Assembly: GCA_963826785.1 (NCBI GenBank) | Contig: CAWGYD010000005.1 | Span: 64,001 to 128,000 of the forward strand | Direction of reading: 5' to 3' | From: an uncultured delta proteobacterium | Lineage (GTDB): Bacteria; Desulfobacterota; Desulfobacteria; Desulfobacterales; Desulfosalsimonadaceae | Length of the DNA: 64,000 nucleotides | In this document: positions 62,018 to 64,000 of the stretch, piece after piece | How the letters are laid out: each line of letters opens with the position of its first letter | Numbering within the stretch: position 1 is the first letter of the stretch | The notes under the pieces: generated by a model | The model's database searches: none | Seen by the model: the letters and a program-made list of their open reading frames with translations, nothing else | Told to the model about the DNA's origin: nothing | Translations under genes and position numbers: made by a program

Positions 62018-62176
62018 ATGGATAAGTATGTATGTACGGTATGCGGTTATGTATATGACCCGGCAAAAGGCGATCCGGATGGCGGCGTGGCGGCCGGAAC
62101 GGCCTTCGAAGATTTACCCGATGACTGGGAATGCCCGGTTTGCGGCGCGCCCAAAAGCGATTTCGAAAAGCAATAA
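62018..62176 (+). CDS. rub: Rubredoxin (missing from the ORF track)
   Basis: [55 protein letters not shown] aggagg. Confidence 0.97.
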   Translation: MDKYVCTVCGYVYDPAKGDPDGGVAAGTAFEDLPDDWECPVCGAPKSDFEKQ

Positions 62177-62187
62177 ATCATACAATT

Positions 62188-62236
62188 AAAAACCGGTTGG
62201 ATACGGACCTTGTCTGTTGAAAACCGGTTTTTTTAT
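62188..62236 (+). terminator. Probable terminator hairpin after rubredoxin
   Basis: aaaaaccggtt ... aaccggttttttt. Confidence 0.55.
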
Positions 62237-62278
62237 ATGCGGGCAGGTCAATTTTTAGAAAATGCGAAAGGATGGAGG

Positions 62279-63469
62279 ATGAAACCGGTAAAGGTGGCCG
62301 AAGGTATATATCAGGTCGGTGTCCTCGATTGGAATATCCGGGATTTTCACGGGTATTCCACGGAGCGGGGCACCAGCTACAATTCCTACCTGATCATGGA
62401 TGAAAAGGTGGTTCTGGTCGATTCGGTGAAAAAGGAATTTGCCGATGAACTGCTGCGAAACATTTCCGAAATTATCGACCCGAAAAAAATCGATCTGGTC
62501 ATCAGCAACCACACGGAGATGGATCATTCCGGCGGCCTGCCCCGGATCATGCACTACATAGGCGAGGACAAGCCCCTGTACTGCTCCAAGATGGGCCAGA
62601 AAAACCTGTCCCTTCATTTTCCCCGGAAATGGAATTTCCATGCGGTTGAGAACGGGGAAACGCTTTCCATCGGAAAACGGACCCTGACCTTTCTGGAAAC
62701 CCGGATGCTGCACTGGCCCGATTCCATGTTCACCTACTCCCAAACAGACGGTATCCTGTTTTCAAGCGATGCCTTCGGACAGCATTATGCCGGATACGAG
62801 ATGTTCGATGACGCGGTCGGTGGGGAAATGATCATGGGCCAGGCCAAAAAATATTTCGCCAACATCCTGCTCCTTTACGCACCAAAGACATTAAAACTCC
62901 TCGAGAAAGTCACCGAACTTTCCCTGGACATCAACATTATCTGCCCGGACCACGGGGTCATCTGGAGAAAAAACCCCGGAAAAATCATCGATGCCTATGT
63001 CCGATGGAGCCGCCAGGATCCCGCACAGAAAGCCGTGGTCATCTATGACACCATGTGGGGGAGCACCCGCTCCATGGCCGAATCCATTGCCGACGGCATC
63101 CACGCCGAGGGAGTGGCGGCGATCCCGATTCATATCCGCAGTTCCCATCGAAGCGACATCATGACCGAGGTGCTCGACGCCCGGGCCGTGGTAATGGGAT
63201 CACCCACCTTGAACAATGGTCTGTTCCCCACGGTCAGCGACGTGCTGACCTATATGAAGGGGTTGAAACCCAGGAACAAACTGGGGGCGGCGTTCGGCTC
63301 CTATGGGTGGAGCGGGGAGGCCATGGGGCTGATCCGGGCGGAAATGGAGGCCATGAAATTTGAACTGGTCGACCCGGGATTGAAAATCCAGTATGTGCCG
63401 GAAGCAGACGGCCAGAGCGACTGTTATGATTTCGGCAGAACCATCGGCCGGGCGGTGAAAGCAAAATAA
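62279..63469 (+). CDS. fprA: Flavodiiron protein (FprA / rubredoxin:oxygen oxidoreductase)
   Basis: GTSYNSYLI, NHTEMDHSG, LHWPDSM, SDAFGQH, PDHG, flavodoxin YDTMWGST, GSPTLNN, AFGSYGWSGE. Confidence 0.95.
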   Translation: MKPVKVAEGIYQVGVLDWNIRDFHGYSTERGTSYNSYLIMDEKVVLVDSVKKEFADELLRNISEIIDPKKIDLVISNHTEMDHSGGLPRIMHYIGEDKPLYCSKMGQKNLSLHFPRKWNFHAVENGETLSIGKRTLTFLETRMLHWPDSMFTYSQTDGILFSSDAFGQHYAGYEMFDDAVGGEMIMGQAKKYFANILLLYAPKTLKLLEKVTELSLDINIICPDHGVIWRKNPGKIIDAYVRWSRQDPAQKAVVIYDTMWGSTRSMAESIADGIHAEGVAAIPIHIRSSHRSDIMTEVLDARAVVMGSPTLNNGLFPTVSDVLTYMKGLKPRNKLGAAFGSYGWSGEAMGLIRAEMEAMKFELVDPGLKIQYVPEADGQSDCYDFGRTIGRAVKAK

Positions 63470-63471
63470 CC

Positions 63472-63663
63472 ATGAAGATACCGGTGGTGGAACTGAGTGA
63501 CTGTATCCTGTGCGGCGTGTGCGAAGAAGTCTGCCCCGCCGTATTCCGGATCAGCGAGGCGGGGTACGTGGAGGTCATCGACCTGTCCGCCTATCCGGAA
63601 GCCGACGTGGACGAAGCCATCAAAAACTGTCCGAAGGACTGCATACAGTGGCAGGAGGTGTAA
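63472..63663 (+). CDS. Single-cluster ferredoxin
   Basis: CILCGVCEEVCP ... NCPKDCI. Confidence 0.9.
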   Translation: MKIPVVELSDCILCGVCEEVCPAVFRISEAGYVEVIDLSAYPEADVDEAIKNCPKDCIQWQEV

Positions 63664-63669
63664 ACGGCC

Positions 63670-64000
63670 TTGACTTCCCGCCAGGTCAAGAAAGAATTAA
63701 AGCCCCTTCTGCTCTCGGATGATCCTGCCGATTTTATAGACGGGATCTGCCGGATGCGGTTTAAAGAAGCGGTAAACGGCCTGTTTTCATTTCTCTATGA
63801 TACCGATCCAGGGGTGCGCTGGCACGCCGTTGCGGCCATGGGCCGGTTGGTCTCAAGGGCAGCGAAATCGGAAATGGAATCGGCCCGGGTGATCATGCGG
63901 CGTCTGATGTGGAACTTAAATGATGAATCCGGCGGCATCGGATGGGGTTCTCCGGAGGCCATGGGCGAGATCATGGCCCATCACCAGGGTCTTGCCAGAG
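63670..64000 (+). CDS. HEAT-repeat DVU0298-like protein (3' truncated by window edge)
   Basis: TTG start after ggaggtg; VRWHAVAAMG..ESARVIMRRLMWNLNDESGGIGWGSPEAMGEI. Confidence 0.75.
   Translation, partial: MTSRQVKKELKPLLLSDDPADFIDGICRMRFKEAVNGLFSFLYDTDPGVRWHAVAAMGRLVSRAAKSEMESARVIMRRLMWNLNDESGGIGWGSPEAMGEIMAHHQGLAR

Noticed and set aside
1..64000. tRNA, rRNA, transposase, integrase, selenoprotein genes
   Set aside because: None recognised by eye; no in-frame TGA at a conserved Cys position was seen. tRNAscan-SE and Infernal would be needed to exclude small RNAs.

Overview
64 kb of a bacterial chromosome. Gene content (desulfoferrodoxin, rubrerythrin, rubredoxin:oxygen oxidoreductase, c3-like cytochrome, DVU0298-like protein, cimA) points to an anaerobic Desulfobacterota, probably Desulfobacterales-like; this is an inference. 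1-18.2 kb: a pfa-type iterative fatty-acid/polyketide synthase cluster in myxobacterial order: ER; KS-MAT-4xACP-KR-DH; KS-CLF-AT-DH-acyltransferase. A triple-PAS/LuxR regulator follows. 18.3-41.9 kb: mostly housekeeping genes (metG, PSP1/RicT, holB, IHF, lptD, yhaM-like, tmk, ferredoxin, ogt, rnj, ftsK, pyrD). This stretch also holds three unusual items: a cysteine synthase fused to a CysRS-like domain that has lost its KMSKS/HIGH ATP motifs, an uncharacterised glycosyltransferase plus two methyltransferases next to a 184-bp nested palindrome, and a chalcone-isomerase-fold/OmpA fusion. 42-50.8 kb: ilvD-ilvB-ilvH-ilvC-cimA-leuA operon preceded by a complete Leu/Ile/Val leader-peptide attenuator. 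51-58.5 kb: hydrolase, rlmD, Usp, Fe-S and HD proteins with an FNR/HcpR-like box, sigma54 activator, sfsA. 58.7-64 kb: oxidative-stress island. Several genes (pfa3, lptD, ilvC, ilvD, leuA) carry +1 frameshifts that look like sequencing errors. Best candidates for an undescribed system: the CysM/pseudo-CysRS fusion and the acyltransferase-fused pfa cluster.
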